Below, piece by piece: positions 35,515-46,351 of a DNA stretch of 64,000 nucleotides. Both the position numbers and the translations under genes were made by a program. The notes beneath the pieces were generated by a model. It did not search any database and had not been told where the DNA came from. It saw nothing but the letters and a program-made list of their open reading frames with translations. The stretch's first letter is position 1, and each line of letters begins with the position of its first letter. The stretch comes from a phage. Location: sequence record PZ386975.1, one strand, 5' to 3'.

Positions 35515-35715
35515 ATGAGCGAGAACGTTTATAAAGAACTTTATGAAGCTAACAAGAAGTTAGAGTTTATGCAGAATACTATCATGGCAATTGCAGATAG
35601 ATTATCTGTAGCAACAGGTATTGATATTAAAGAAGCATCTATGGATGCACTTCTTGATGCTGTTGATGCAAAGTTCGAAGTTAAGAAAGAAGAGACTGCT
35701 ACAGACTCTGAATAA
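35515..35715 (+). CDS. hypothetical small acidic protein (66 aa) immediately upstream of terminase
   Basis: ATG 35515 with RBS TGGAGAAAA; longer track ORF start lacks an RBS. Confidence 0.4.
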   Translation: MSENVYKELYEANKKLEFMQNTIMAIADRLSVATGIDIKEASMDALLDAVDAKFEVKKEETATDSE

Positions 35716-35736
35716 TTCTATTTGCGGAGGCGCTTA

Positions 35737-37338
35737 ATGGACTTAAATGCTGTTAAGCAGAAGCGAGTGGAAGATGTTAGGAAAGTCCTAGCTGGAGAGT
35801 TGGGGCTTTCTGATGAAGTAAAAGAAATTATCAAATCATTCGGTAAAGACCCCTCTAAATTCCTTCCAACTCAAATTCTGACTTTATTAAGATACACACC
35901 AGACCAAGTTCGCCTTATCTTTAAATTGATGACTGATAAGAACTATGTAGCTCCTCAGCCGGGTTCTCAAGAGGTCTTTTTAAACACTAATGCTGACTTG
36001 GTTCTCTATGGTGGTGCTGCTGGTGCTGGTAAGACTGCTGCATTGTTAATGGACTCTCTAAGATTTATTGAAGACCCTAACTATAATGCTGTGTATTTCC
36101 GTCGAAACACAACACAGTTACAAGGTGGTTTATGGCCTGCTGCAAAGAAACTATTTGGTAAGTTTGGTGGGATTCCTCACGAGCAGAAAATGACTATCAC
36201 ATTCCCTTCTGGGGCAACTATCAAGTTTACCTACCTAGAACTTGAAAAGCACGCTGAAGGTCATCAGGGTATTGAATACTCAGCTATTTACTTTGACGAA
36301 GGTACACACTTCTCTGCTTCACAGATTTCATACCTACAAACACGTCTTCGTTCTGGTGCTGAAGGTGATTCATACATGAAAATTTCCATGAACCCAGACA
36401 GAGACCACTTTATTTATGATTGGGTAGAACCATTCTTAGATGAAGAAGGTTATCCAGACCCTGAAAAGTGTGGTCGTATTCGTTGGTATGTAATGAATGA
36501 TGGTGTGATGGTTTCTGATTGGGAGAGAGACAAGATTCTTGAAATGTTCCCTCTTGAGATTCCTCAAACATACACCTTCATCTCTGGTACGATTGATGAT
36601 AACCCAATTCTTGACTTCTTAGAACCTAAGTACCGTGGTAAGTTGGAAAACAACACCCCTGTAAACGTTGCAAGGCTTCGCTTCGGTAACTGGAAAGCTC
36701 GTGCAGAAGGTTCAAACTATTGGCAAAGACAATGGTGTGAGATTGTTGATTCACTCCCAGAGGATGTATTTGATGTTAGAGCATGGGACTTAGCAGCAAC
36801 TTTACCATCTGAAATTAACCCTAATCCAGACTGGACAGCAGGTGTTAAGATGGGTAAATCTAAAAAAGACGGTTGCTATTATATCATTGATGTAGTAAGA
36901 TTTAGAGATAGACCCTCTGGAGTCGAAACACAAATTAATTTGACTGCTGAAAGTGACGGTAAGCGAACTGGTATTTTTATCCCTCAAGACCCAGGCGCTG
37001 CTGGTAAATCCTACGCAACATCCCTCATCAGGAAACTTGCCGAGAAAGGCTATCGTGCAAGAGCTAAACCAACAAATAAAGATAAAGTTACCCGATTTGC
37101 GGGGTTTTCTGCTGCTTCTGAAGCTGGACTTGTAAAAGTTTTGAGAGGTAGTTGGAACGAAGCTTATTTCCAAGAGCTTGAAGGTTTTTGTGGTGATGGC
37201 AAAACTAAAGATGACCAAGTGGATGCTACCAGTGATGCTTTCAACAGTCTTAACGAAGTTAAATTATTCAAGCCACCATCAATGGGTGCTCACACAGACT
37301 TAGTGAGAGGAAACCCATATGAGGGGCTTAGACGTTGA
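35737..37338 (+). CDS. terL: terminase large subunit
   Basis: Walker A VLYGGAAGAGKTAAL, Walker B-like IYFDEGTH; ATG 35737 with RBS GCGGAGG (track start is TTG). Confidence 0.85.
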   Translation: MDLNAVKQKRVEDVRKVLAGELGLSDEVKEIIKSFGKDPSKFLPTQILTLLRYTPDQVRLIFKLMTDKNYVAPQPGSQEVFLNTNADLVLYGGAAGAGKTAALLMDSLRFIEDPNYNAVYFRRNTTQLQGGLWPAAKKLFGKFGGIPHEQKMTITFPSGATIKFTYLELEKHAEGHQGIEYSAIYFDEGTHFSASQISYLQTRLRSGAEGDSYMKISMNPDRDHFIYDWVEPFLDEEGYPDPEKCGRIRWYVMNDGVMVSDWERDKILEMFPLEIPQTYTFISGTIDDNPILDFLEPKYRGKLENNTPVNVARLRFGNWKARAEGSNYWQRQWCEIVDSLPEDVFDVRAWDLAATLPSEINPNPDWTAGVKMGKSKKDGCYYIIDVVRFRDRPSGVETQINLTAESDGKRTGIFIPQDPGAAGKSYATSLIRKLAEKGYRARAKPTNKDKVTRFAGFSAASEAGLVKVLRGSWNEAYFQELEGFCGDGKTKDDQVDATSDAFNSLNEVKLFKPPSMGAHTDLVRGNPYEGLRR

Positions 37339-37354
37339 TAGCTAGGTGAGAAGA

Positions 37355-38821
37355 ATGGCAGATATTACAGAAACACAAGAAAGCTTACCACCATTTAGAA
37401 TGGGTGAAGTAGGTTCTTTGGGTCTGAAGGTTAAGAATGGAAGAATCTATGAAGAACCTCGTCAGGCACTAAGGTTCCCTGAAAGTATTAAAACTTTCCA
37501 ATTAATGATGCGTGACCCTGCTGTAGCAGCATCTGTAAATATTATTAAGATGTTTGTCAGAAAAGTCAACTGGAGATTCGTACCTCCAAAGGGAAAAGAG
37601 CAAGACCCTAAAATGCTTGAAAGAGCAGACTTCTTTAATTCTTTAATGGATGACATGGAGCATGATTGGGCAGATTTTATTAACTCTGTAATGTCATTCT
37701 GCACTTATGGGTTCTGTGTTAACGAGAAAGTTTATAAGAAGCGTCAGGGTAAAAAAGGAAAGTACCAATCAAAATTTGATGATGGTCTAATTGGATGGGC
37801 TAAATTACCAATCAGAAACCAGTCAACACTTGATAAGTGGTATTTTGACGAAGACTTTAGAAAAGTTACTGGTGTTAGACAGAATCTGAGAAATGTTTCA
37901 CATATTGCTGGAGCAATTAATCTTGGGGAAAGACCACTAACAAGAAAACTCCCACGAGCTAAATTCATGCTGTTTAAGTATGACGATGAGTATGGTAACC
38001 CAGAAGGTCGTTCACCATTACTTAACGCTTATGTACCGTGGAAGTATAAAGTTCAGATTGAAGAGTACGAAGCTGTTGGTGTTTCAAGAGACTTGGTAGG
38101 TATGCCAAAGATTGGTTTGCCACCAGATTATCTGGATGAAAATGCAGAACCTGAAAAGAAAGCTTTCGTACAATACTGCAAAACTGTTGTTAATGATATG
38201 ATTGCAAATGACAGAGCAGGTTTAATCTGGCCTAGATATATCGACCCAGATACTAAAGAGGATATTTTTGAGTTCTCATTAGTTTCTAGACAGGGTGCTA
38301 AAGCATACGACACAGGTTCTATTATTGATAGATATTCCAAGCAGATTATGATGGCATTTATGTCAGATGTTCTTGCTATGGGTCAGTCAAAATACGGTTC
38401 ATTCTCTCTTGCAGATTCTAAGACAAGCTTACTAGCAATGTCAGTAGATATTCTGCTGAAGCAAATTAAGAACGTAATTAACCGTGATTTAGTTGCACAG
38501 ACTTATGCTCTTAATATGTGGGACGATGAAGAACATGTACAAATCACATATGATGATATCGAAACTCCAGACCTTGAAGCAATTGGTTCTTATATCCAGA
38601 AGACTGTTGCAGTAGGTGCTTTGGAAGTTGACAAAGAGCTATCTAACAAGCTTAGAGAGCATATTGGTCTTCCTCCTGCTGATGAGTCTCAGCCAGTATC
38701 TGAAAAGCTTTCTCCAAACAGTCAAAGCCGTTCAGGAGATGGTTATAAGACCGCTGGAGAAGGTACTGCAAAGACACCTTCAGCGAAAGACCCAAGCACA
38801 GCAAATAAGGCAAATAAATAA
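37355..38821 (+). CDS. portal protein
   Basis: about 490 aa directly after terminase; ATG 37355 with RBS AGGTGAG (track start is GTG). Confidence 0.7.
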   Translation: MADITETQESLPPFRMGEVGSLGLKVKNGRIYEEPRQALRFPESIKTFQLMMRDPAVAASVNIIKMFVRKVNWRFVPPKGKEQDPKMLERADFFNSLMDDMEHDWADFINSVMSFCTYGFCVNEKVYKKRQGKKGKYQSKFDDGLIGWAKLPIRNQSTLDKWYFDEDFRKVTGVRQNLRNVSHIAGAINLGERPLTRKLPRAKFMLFKYDDEYGNPEGRSPLLNAYVPWKYKVQIEEYEAVGVSRDLVGMPKIGLPPDYLDENAEPEKKAFVQYCKTVVNDMIANDRAGLIWPRYIDPDTKEDIFEFSLVSRQGAKAYDTGSIIDRYSKQIMMAFMSDVLAMGQSKYGSFSLADSKTSLLAMSVDILLKQIKNVINRDLVAQTYALNMWDDEEHVQITYDDIETPDLEAIGSYIQKTVAVGALEVDKELSNKLREHIGLPPADESQPVSEKLSPNSQSRSGDGYKTAGEGTAKTPSAKDPSTANKANK

Positions 38822-39321
38822 TGGCTGAAGTTATCTCTATTTCAAATGCTACACGAGTGCATTCATATAGGGGTGTTCTTATTATCACTGACAAATTATC
38901 TGTAGAGGCTGGCTCAAGGGTCAGCCTTTCAGGTTATGTAAGTGATGGTGGAACCTCTGATGTTTTCACTATTTGCAGGTTACTTGATGCTCCAATGAGT
39001 GGAAAACCGTTTATTTCAGGAAATTGTAGTGAAATTGTTAAAATTCCATTTGACAGTTCATGCCTTTTGGGTGTAAAGTTATATAACTGCGAGAATAAAC
39101 GTATCAATGTTAATAGCATTGAAGCCGCTTTCATTACCCTCGACACTGCATTTCAATCTCCAATGACAGTTAATAAAGAAACAAACAGACTTGAATACAT
39201 TTTTTCACAAAATGATTACAAAGTACTTGTCAAAGGTAAAGTATATGATATGATTGTAAATGTGGTAGATGAATCTGGTAACCATTCAACAGTCCTTAAA
39301 CAAAAAGTAAGGTTTAATTAA
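38821..39321 (+). CDS. hypothetical head-morphogenesis-region protein (166 aa)
   Basis: start overlaps the portal stop. Confidence 0.5.
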   Translation: MAEVISISNATRVHSYRGVLIITDKLSVEAGSRVSLSGYVSDGGTSDVFTICRLLDAPMSGKPFISGNCSEIVKIPFDSSCLLGVKLYNCENKRINVNSIEAAFITLDTAFQSPMTVNKETNRLEYIFSQNDYKVLVKGKVYDMIVNVVDESGNHSTVLKQKVRFN

Positions 39322-39653
39322 TGGGAACATTAACTATTGATGGTAAGAATAAAATCCTCGCCACGCTAACCCCAACGACTATTATTTTACACAATGTAGA
39401 CCCAACGGCAGACCCTACAGCAAATAAGGTTACTCAGCCAGTGGCTATTTATTTTTCTGAACCGGATAATGGCTTAATTGCCTCAGAAGACACAGTTAAC
39501 ATTACTGTTCCAGCTTCTGCAACGGTCTCACACTATAGCTTGTGGGATGCTAACGATAAATGCGTGGCAACTGGTGCTCTTAGCAAACCTCAATTCTTTG
39601 CTGAAGAAGGTATCTATGTTATCTCTTCAGTTTCTGTAGATTTAAACAAATAG
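39321..39653 (+). CDS. hypothetical protein (110 aa)
   Basis: start overlaps the upstream stop. Confidence 0.5.
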   Translation: MGTLTIDGKNKILATLTPTTIILHNVDPTADPTANKVTQPVAIYFSEPDNGLIASEDTVNITVPASATVSHYSLWDANDKCVATGALSKPQFFAEEGIYVISSVSVDLNK

Positions 39654-39664
39654 GGTGAGTAAAA

Positions 39665-41011
39665 ATGAGTTCGAATATCTTCAGACTTGCTGATAGATTA
39701 TTCAACCAACCTTTACTAGCCACTGAATCATTAGCTCACTCAGCAGCAACTTATGTGAATAACAGATTGCTGGGTGATGTCCAAGCAGCAGTAAACTTTG
39801 ATAAACCCAAAGGTGAAGCAAGAAGTCTTTTAAAAGTGAAAGATGACATTGCTATTATCCCTATTATGGGTGGTTTAACCCATCGTATGACATTCATTGA
39901 TGCAATGTGTACAGGGGGATTAAGCTCTTATGAAGGTTTGCGTAGAGGCTTTGACGAAGCTTTAGCAGATGAGTCAATTAAGACTATTGTTCTGCATATT
40001 GATTCTGGTGGTGGTGAAGCTTCAGGTTGCTTTGAATTAGCACGTCACATTATGGCTTCAAGAGGCCAAAAGAAAATTATTGCCTATGTAGATGAGTTCG
40101 CTTGTTCCGCTGCATATGCTCTTGCATCTTCTGCTGAAGAAATTATTGCATCACCAGATGCAGATGTTGGTTCTATTGGTGTAATCATGGTTCATCAGGA
40201 ATTAACTAAGGCATTTGAAAAGAATGGCGTAACAATTAACGTCATCAAAGCTGGTGAGTTTAAAGGTATGGGTTCACCATTCCAAGCACTCTCAGAAGAA
40301 AGCAAAGAAAGACTTCAAAAGAGAATTAATGATACCTACGCAACCTTTACAGGTTTTGTAGCCGAATCTCGTAATCTCTCTGAAGAAGCTGTAAAGAATA
40401 CTGAGGCGAATGTTTATTCTGCTCAGGAAGCTCTTGAACTTGGTTTAATTAACTCAATCATGTCTCAAGATGATTTCTTAAATTACTTACAAGGTTCTGA
40501 AGAGGCTCCTGTAAGTTTAAACGTTAACAATTCAGGTGAAGAAATGACTGAACAAGAAAAGCAAGAACTAGAAGCTTTGCGTCTTCAGGTTGCTCAAATG
40601 AAAGCTAAAGAACAGGAAGCTGCTTTGTCAGATTTGACTAATAAGATTTCTGCTTCTGCTGAAGCTTTTGGGTTTGATGCAAAAGAAGCTGCAACGACTA
40701 TTTTAGGTGCTGGTCTTGATAACCCTCTGAGTGTTCTGTTTATGAATGCTATGGAAGGTGCTAACCAGAAACTTAATGAAACTATCGCGTCCCATGCTTC
40801 TGCAATGGAAGAAAAAGAATCAGAAATTACCAAGCTGAAAGAAACTGCTGGTGCTGTTCTTGAACATTCCAACGCTATGGAAGAAGTGGGTAATGACGGC
40901 GAAGCTGATTTGGTTGAAGAAGAAAAAGAACCAGCTAAAAATGCTTCCGAAGACACCGCTGAACAACGCAAACTGGCTCTCCAGAATGCTCTAAAATCTC
41001 TTATCAAATAA
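39665..41011 (+). CDS. prohead protease (S49/ClpP-like) fused to C-terminal coiled-coil scaffold-like domain
   Basis: IVLHIDSGGGEASGCFE...YVDEFACSAAYALA...GSIGV S49-type motifs; C-terminal E/K/A-rich helices. Confidence 0.7.
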   Translation: MSSNIFRLADRLFNQPLLATESLAHSAATYVNNRLLGDVQAAVNFDKPKGEARSLLKVKDDIAIIPIMGGLTHRMTFIDAMCTGGLSSYEGLRRGFDEALADESIKTIVLHIDSGGGEASGCFELARHIMASRGQKKIIAYVDEFACSAAYALASSAEEIIASPDADVGSIGVIMVHQELTKAFEKNGVTINVIKAGEFKGMGSPFQALSEESKERLQKRINDTYATFTGFVAESRNLSEEAVKNTEANVYSAQEALELGLINSIMSQDDFLNYLQGSEEAPVSLNVNNSGEEMTEQEKQELEALRLQVAQMKAKEQEAALSDLTNKISASAEAFGFDAKEAATTILGAGLDNPLSVLFMNAMEGANQKLNETIASHASAMEEKESEITKLKETAGAVLEHSNAMEEVGNDGEADLVEEEKEPAKNASEDTAEQRKLALQNALKSLIK

Positions 41012-41022
41012 GGAACACAACA

Positions 41023-41400
41023 ATGGCATATCAAGGTTTTACTAAGTTAGGTAACAGAGAACCTCTGAATGATATCATTCTTTGGGAACAGATTACCCCA
41101 ACAGGCCACTCTCGTAAAGAGTACACCCCACAGGAATCTACAGAATATCGTGTGGGAGAGGTTCTGAAAGAAGACGGTACTAAGGTACAAGCTGGAGAAG
41201 AAGCTCAGGCTGATTCTGTATGTATCGTTAACTTTTATGCAGACCTACAACTGTCTTATCATGGTCAGTTGAAAGTTGTTGGTATCCACCGTGATGCAGA
41301 ACTGAAAGACATGCTTACTCTTGAATCAAGCGTTGACGCTGCCGCAGTCAAGAAAGCTCTGGCTGCTAAAGGTATTGATTTCGTACCAACTGGCCTGTAA
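41023..41400 (+). CDS. putative head decoration protein
   Basis: 125-aa ORF between protease and major capsid genes. Confidence 0.4.
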   Translation: MAYQGFTKLGNREPLNDIILWEQITPTGHSRKEYTPQESTEYRVGEVLKEDGTKVQAGEEAQADSVCIVNFYADLQLSYHGQLKVVGIHRDAELKDMLTLESSVDAAAVKKALAAKGIDFVPTGL

Positions 41401-41433
41401 TAACAATAATAAGACATTCTGGAGAATTTTACA

Positions 41434-42537
41434 ATGTTGACTAATTCTGAAAAAAGCAGATTTTTCCTTGCTGACCTGACTGGTGAAGTCCAGTCTATCC
41501 CAAATACTTATGGGTATATTTCCAACTTAGGTCTGTTCCGTTCAGCACCAATCACCCAAACTACTTTCCTTATGGACTTGACTGATTGGGATGTTAGCTT
41601 GCTTGATGCGGTAGACCGTGATAGCCGTAAAGCAGAGACTAGCGCACCTGAGCGTGTTCGTCAAATCAGCTTCCCAATGATGTACTTCAAAGAAGTTGAA
41701 AGCATTACTCCTGATGAAATTCAGGGTGTACGTCAGCCAGGCACTGCAAACGAGCTTACTACTGAAGCTGTAGTTCGTGCTAAGAAGCTGATGAAGATTC
41801 GTACCAAGTTCGATATTACTCGTGAGTTCCTGTTCATGCAAGCTCTGAAGGGTAAAGTTGTTGATGCTCGTGGTACTCTGTACGCTGACCTGTACAAGCA
41901 GTTCGACGTTGAGAAGAAGACTATTTACTTTGACCTTGACAATCCTAATGCTGATATCGACGCTTCTATTGAAGAACTGCGTATGCACATGGAAGACGAA
42001 GCTAAGACTGGCACTGTAATCAACGGTGAAGAAATTCACGTAGTTGTTGACCGTGTATTCTTCAGCAAACTGACTAAGCATCCTAAGATTCGTGACGCTT
42101 ATCTTGCACAGCAGACTCCGCTGGCTTGGCAACAGATTACTGGTTCTCTGAGAACTGGTGGTACTGACGGCGTTCAGGCTCATATGAACACCTTCTACTA
42201 CGGTGGTGTTAAGTTTGTCCAGTACAACGGTAAGTTCAAAGACAAGCGTGGTAAGGTTCACACTCTGGTGAGCATTGATAGTGTAGCAGCAACTGTTGGT
42301 GTTGGTCATGCCTTCCCTAACGTATCTATGCTGGGCGAAGCTAACAACATCTTCGAAGTGGCATATGGCCCATGTCCTAAGATGGGTTACGCAAATACAC
42401 TTGGTCAGGAACTGTACGTATTCGAATACGAAAAAGACCGCGACGAAGGTATTGACTTTGAAGCTCACTCTTACATGCTGCCATACTGTACTCGTCCTCA
42501 GTTGCTGGTAGATGTTCGTGCTGACGCCAAAGACTAA
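41434..42537 (+). CDS. major capsid protein (lambda E-like family)
   Basis: 367 aa after protease/scaffold; high-GC-third-position codon usage typical of highly expressed genes. Confidence 0.7.
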   Translation: MLTNSEKSRFFLADLTGEVQSIPNTYGYISNLGLFRSAPITQTTFLMDLTDWDVSLLDAVDRDSRKAETSAPERVRQISFPMMYFKEVESITPDEIQGVRQPGTANELTTEAVVRAKKLMKIRTKFDITREFLFMQALKGKVVDARGTLYADLYKQFDVEKKTIYFDLDNPNADIDASIEELRMHMEDEAKTGTVINGEEIHVVVDRVFFSKLTKHPKIRDAYLAQQTPLAWQQITGSLRTGGTDGVQAHMNTFYYGGVKFVQYNGKFKDKRGKVHTLVSIDSVAATVGVGHAFPNVSMLGEANNIFEVAYGPCPKMGYANTLGQELYVFEYEKDRDEGIDFEAHSYMLPYCTRPQLLVDVRADAKD

Positions 42538-42558
42538 TATTCTTAAGGAGGGTTATGA

Positions 42559-43008
42559 ATGTGTTATACAGGCGACCCAGCCAATAACCCTCTTGATAGA
42601 GTAAGAATCCTCTGCACAGACACTAATAATGATGAAATTCTTATTGAGCAGTCTGTGCTAGAGTGGTTCTATCTAGAATCTGGAAAGGATGAAAAGAAAG
42701 CAGCCATCAAAGCTCTTAAATATTTACTCTTTCAAGTAGCCAAGATGGGAGATGAGAAGGTTGGTGGTGTTTATTTACGTAACTCTTCCAGATTCAAGTC
42801 TCTGAAAGCTGTTTATGACGACCTTGTTAAAAGCTCTGTTTCCGGACTACCCTATGCAGGTGGTATTAATCAGTGTGACATTGACATGCGTCGTCAAAAT
42901 CCTTGCTCTGTCAAGAAATACACAGAATATGGTGATGCTGCCAGATACGAAGGCAGAGATTACTGCAACCGTGTTAATGGCGTATTTATTATCGAGCGAG
43001 ATGAATAA
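42559..43008 (+). CDS. head-tail connector/completion protein, hypothetical (149 aa)
   Basis: position between capsid and tail genes. Confidence 0.45.
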   Translation: MCYTGDPANNPLDRVRILCTDTNNDEILIEQSVLEWFYLESGKDEKKAAIKALKYLLFQVAKMGDEKVGGVYLRNSSRFKSLKAVYDDLVKSSVSGLPYAGGINQCDIDMRRQNPCSVKKYTEYGDAARYEGRDYCNRVNGVFIIERDE

Positions 43009-43490
43009 TGGTTAAAAGGGTTATTCACCCCGCTAGAGCAAAATTAGTCGGGGCTATGAAGAACTTGCAAACGGCTAATGCTCAAGTTGGGTATTTCCAA
43101 GAACAAGGTCAACATAGCTCTGGTTTTTCTTATCCTGCTTTAATGTATTTGCAAGAAGTTATTGGGGTTCCTTCAGCTTCTGGTAAAGTATATCGTAGGT
43201 TGTTTGAAATCACTATGATGCTAAACAAACAGACCTTGTTAGAGCAGACTAAGAAGAATCTATATAAGCAACTTAGCAGTCTCAACACAGACCCTTCAAA
43301 TACCTTAGAAGCATTTGCAAAGAATGCTCAAAAGGCAATTAAAAGGGGTTTTGGTAATTCTGCTATCCTCCCTCCTAACGCACCTTCCACAGTCAAGAAA
43401 AAAGGCTTTAACGCACCTCTTGTTGAGACAGGTGACTTAAGAGATAATCTTGCTTATAAAATTTCTACTAAGAAGGGTATTAAAAAATGA
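43008..43490 (+). CDS. head-tail joining protein, hypothetical (160 aa)
   Basis: position; overlapping start/stop. Confidence 0.45.
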   Translation: MVKRVIHPARAKLVGAMKNLQTANAQVGYFQEQGQHSSGFSYPALMYLQEVIGVPSASGKVYRRLFEITMMLNKQTLLEQTKKNLYKQLSSLNTDPSNTLEAFAKNAQKAIKRGFGNSAILPPNAPSTVKKKGFNAPLVETGDLRDNLAYKISTKKGIKK

Positions 43491-43888
43491 GACTCTTAAA
43501 CAGACACAGCTTTGTAGTAAAGCGTAAAGTCTCTGAAGACGGTTATTATAATGATGATGGTGATTGGGTAGCTTCACAAGATATTGTAGAGGTTAACTGT
43601 AAAGGTAATATCCAGCCATATATCAAAGGTTCTGTAAAGAATGGTACACAGATTGCTTTACCGGAAGGTATCAGACTTACCGATACAAGAATCCTGTATA
43701 CTACCTATAAACTTAGAACTTCAGATGATGTAGAGTGGAATGAGTCTGATATTGTTATGATTGACGGTCATGAGTATGAAGTATTTATGACTATGGATTG
43801 GTCACAGCAATTAGCCCATACGTCCCATTATGAATATATCATTATTAGAAGGGATAAAATGAATGCAGTTAGAAACAGCAGAACTTGA
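43487..43888 (+). CDS. head-tail joining protein, hypothetical (133 aa)
   Basis: position; overlapping start/stop. Confidence 0.45.
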   Translation: MRLLNRHSFVVKRKVSEDGYYNDDGDWVASQDIVEVNCKGNIQPYIKGSVKNGTQIALPEGIRLTDTRILYTTYKLRTSDDVEWNESDIVMIDGHEYEVFMTMDWSQQLAHTSHYEYIIIRRDKMNAVRNSRT

Positions 43889-44462
43889 AAAAGGTCTAGT
43901 TAGAACCTTAGTGGATGTTATTGGTCACAGATTAGCTCGTGATAAAAATAATAGGCCAAACGTAATTAGAGCTTACCCTTCTGATAACTCAAATGACAAA
44001 GGTTTAAAACCTGACCAGCCATTTATTACCGTATATTGTCAAGATGCTGCAACACCTTATGGTTGGGTTCTTGATAAGTTTGTTGAGGATGATGTAGTTT
44101 GCTACAGAATTGCTTTTCAGATTCCTGTATTGATTACGGTGAATGGTAAAGGTGCTCACAGTATTATGCTTGAGCTTAAACAACGATTAGAGATGAGTTC
44201 AGTCAGGGATTTAATCCTTGAAGAAACAGGAGCTACAGTACTGGACACTGGAGCTATCCCGAATGACTATACTTATCTCAATACAGATTTCGAAAATTCT
44301 GCGCCTCTTGTTGTAACTCTTGTAAAAAACTCAGTCCTGAAAGATGAACGTGGAAGTATTATTGAGCGTGTCATCGTTGATGGTGAGTTGGTTTATGAAG
44401 AAGGACAAGAGCCACCAGAATATACTATCCATCTAGATGTAGACTCCAAAGGGGTAAAATAA
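43863..44462 (+). CDS. tail completion protein, hypothetical (199 aa)
   Basis: position. Confidence 0.45.
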   Translation: MQLETAELEKGLVRTLVDVIGHRLARDKNNRPNVIRAYPSDNSNDKGLKPDQPFITVYCQDAATPYGWVLDKFVEDDVVCYRIAFQIPVLITVNGKGAHSIMLELKQRLEMSSVRDLILEETGATVLDTGAIPNDYTYLNTDFENSAPLVVTLVKNSVLKDERGSIIERVIVDGELVYEEGQEPPEYTIHLDVDSKGVK

Positions 44463-45815
44463 ATGTGGAATCCAATTGTTAATGTAGATATTACATTGAA
44501 CACCGCAGGAACTACAAGAGAAGGTTTTGGTTTGCCACTATTCTTAGCTTCAACAGATAACTTTGAAGAAAGAGTACGTGGTTACACTTCCTTAACTGAA
44601 GTTGCTGAAGATTTCGATGAGAATACTGCTGCATATAAGGCTGCTAAACAACTTTGGAGTCAGACTCCTAAAGTAACTCAGCTTTATATCGGTAGACGCG
44701 CTATGCAGTACACTGTATCAATTCCTGATGCCGTTACCGAAAGTACAGACTACTCAATTACTGTAGCTGCTGGCGGTGGAATTTCTCAACCATTCCAGTA
44801 TACAGCACAAAGCTCAGACACTGCTGAGGTAGTGTTACAACAGTTTAAAACACAGATTGAAGCTGACCCAACAATCAAAGATAAGGTTTCTGTGAACGTA
44901 ACTGGTAGTGCTGGTTCTGCCACAATGATTATTACCAAAGCTGGTGATAATGACTTTGTGAAAGTAACAACCACAGCACAGACTGTATATATTGCAAGTA
45001 CAACTGCCGATACAGCAGCAACTGCTCTGGCAGCTATCGAAGCTTATTCTACCGACTGGTATTTCATTGCAGCAGAAGACAGAACCCAACAGTTTGTCTT
45101 AGCAATGGCTTCTGAGATTCAGGCTCGCAAGAAAATCTTCTTTACAGCTAACTCTGATGTAACAGCTCTACAAGGGACAGAATTAGCCAGTGCAAATGAT
45201 GTTCCAGCACAGCTTGCTAAGAATATGTACACTCGTACAGTTTGCTTGTGGCATCACGCAGCAGCAGAAGATTACCCAGAGATGGCATACATTGCTTATG
45301 GTGCTCCATATGATGCAGGTTCAATTGCTTGGGGTAATGCTCAGCTAACTGGTGTAGCAGCTTCTCTACAACCATCTAATCAGAGACCTCTGACAAGTAT
45401 TCAGAAGTCTGCTTTAGATGCACGTCACTGTAACTTTATTGACCTTGATGGTGGTGTTCCAGTGGTTCGTAGAGGGATTACTTCTGGTGGGGAATGGATT
45501 GATATCGTCCGTGGTGTTGACTGGTTAGAATCAGACCTGAAAACTTCTCTGAGAGACTTGCTAATTAATCAGAAGGGTGGTAAGATTACTTATGATGATA
45601 CTGGTATTACCCGTATTCGTCAAGTCATTGAAACCTCTCTGCAAAGAGCAGTCAACAGAAACTTCCTGTCATCTTACACAGTTAATGTTCCTAAAGCCTC
45701 TCAAGTTGCTTTGGCAGACAAGAAAGCACGTATCCTGAAAGACGTTACCTTCGCAGGTATCTTAGCAGGGGCTATCTTGGATGTTGACTTGAAAGGTACA
45801 GTGGCTTACGAATAA
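44463..45815 (+). CDS. putative tail sheath protein
   Basis: 450 aa immediately before a 148-aa tube-like gene and the chaperone-TMP set. Confidence 0.5.
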   Translation: MWNPIVNVDITLNTAGTTREGFGLPLFLASTDNFEERVRGYTSLTEVAEDFDENTAAYKAAKQLWSQTPKVTQLYIGRRAMQYTVSIPDAVTESTDYSITVAAGGGISQPFQYTAQSSDTAEVVLQQFKTQIEADPTIKDKVSVNVTGSAGSATMIITKAGDNDFVKVTTTAQTVYIASTTADTAATALAAIEAYSTDWYFIAAEDRTQQFVLAMASEIQARKKIFFTANSDVTALQGTELASANDVPAQLAKNMYTRTVCLWHHAAAEDYPEMAYIAYGAPYDAGSIAWGNAQLTGVAASLQPSNQRPLTSIQKSALDARHCNFIDLDGGVPVVRRGITSGGEWIDIVRGVDWLESDLKTSLRDLLINQKGGKITYDDTGITRIRQVIETSLQRAVNRNFLSSYTVNVPKASQVALADKKARILKDVTFAGILAGAILDVDLKGTVAYE

Positions 45816-45830
45816 TAGAGGTAAATTGGA

Positions 45831-46277
45831 ATGGCTATGTATCAGCAATATTCCCCTAAAGACGTTGTATGTAGCTGGAACGGCATTGCTATTGAAGGCT
45901 TTGCTCCAGACTCATTCTTGCGTCTACAGAGAACATCACCACTTGTAACACCAGTTGTTGGTGCAGGTGGTCAAGTTGCTCTGACAAGAAATGCAGACAA
46001 GACAGGTACTATTGAGATTGAGTTAATGCAGACTTCTCTCTCTAACCAGATGCTTTCTGCAATTCAAGCTAAACAAGACAATATGGAACTTGAAGAAGAT
46101 ATCTCTTCTAACTTCGTAATCTACGACCCATCAGGCTCTGTTCTGGCAACTGGTATTAACGCTTGGTTGCAGGAGTTACCACAGATTGAACTTGGTCGTG
46201 ACCAGAACTCTAAAACTTGGATTTTTGGTTGTGAGAAGTTAGACTACACTTCTACAATTCCAGCGTCAAGTGTTTAA
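45831..46277 (+). CDS. putative tail tube protein
   Basis: 148 aa, followed by strong terminator 46289-46322. Confidence 0.5.
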   Translation: MAMYQQYSPKDVVCSWNGIAIEGFAPDSFLRLQRTSPLVTPVVGAGGQVALTRNADKTGTIEIELMQTSLSNQMLSAIQAKQDNMELEEDISSNFVIYDPSGSVLATGINAWLQELPQIELGRDQNSKTWIFGCEKLDYTSTIPASSV

Positions 46278-46288
46278 TAAATCCTATA

Positions 46289-46322
46289 AGGGGGAGACTT
46301 TAAAAGGTCTTCCCCTTTTTTT
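46289..46322 (+). terminator. rho-independent terminator after the sheath/tube genes
   Basis: AAGGGGGAGACTTTAAAAGGTCTTCCCCTT followed by TTTTTTTG. Confidence 0.7.
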
Positions 46323-46351
46323 GTTTCTTTTAAAAGTATTAAGGAATCACA

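Noticed and set aside
35722-35736. TTG start for terminase (35722) and GTG start for portal (37346) as given by the ORF track
   Set aside because: Downstream in-frame ATG codons at 35737 and 37355 have canonical Shine-Dalgarno spacing, so the shorter ATG-initiated forms were preferred.
41542-42468. 308-aa ORF on the minus strand
   Set aside because: It lies entirely inside the major capsid gene on the opposite strand within a uniformly plus-strand structural block, and has no RBS or matching codon usage; treated as a shadow ORF. The same reasoning rejects other antisense ORFs inside the Prs-like, NAMPT-like, terminase, portal, protease, tape-measure and tail-fibre genes.
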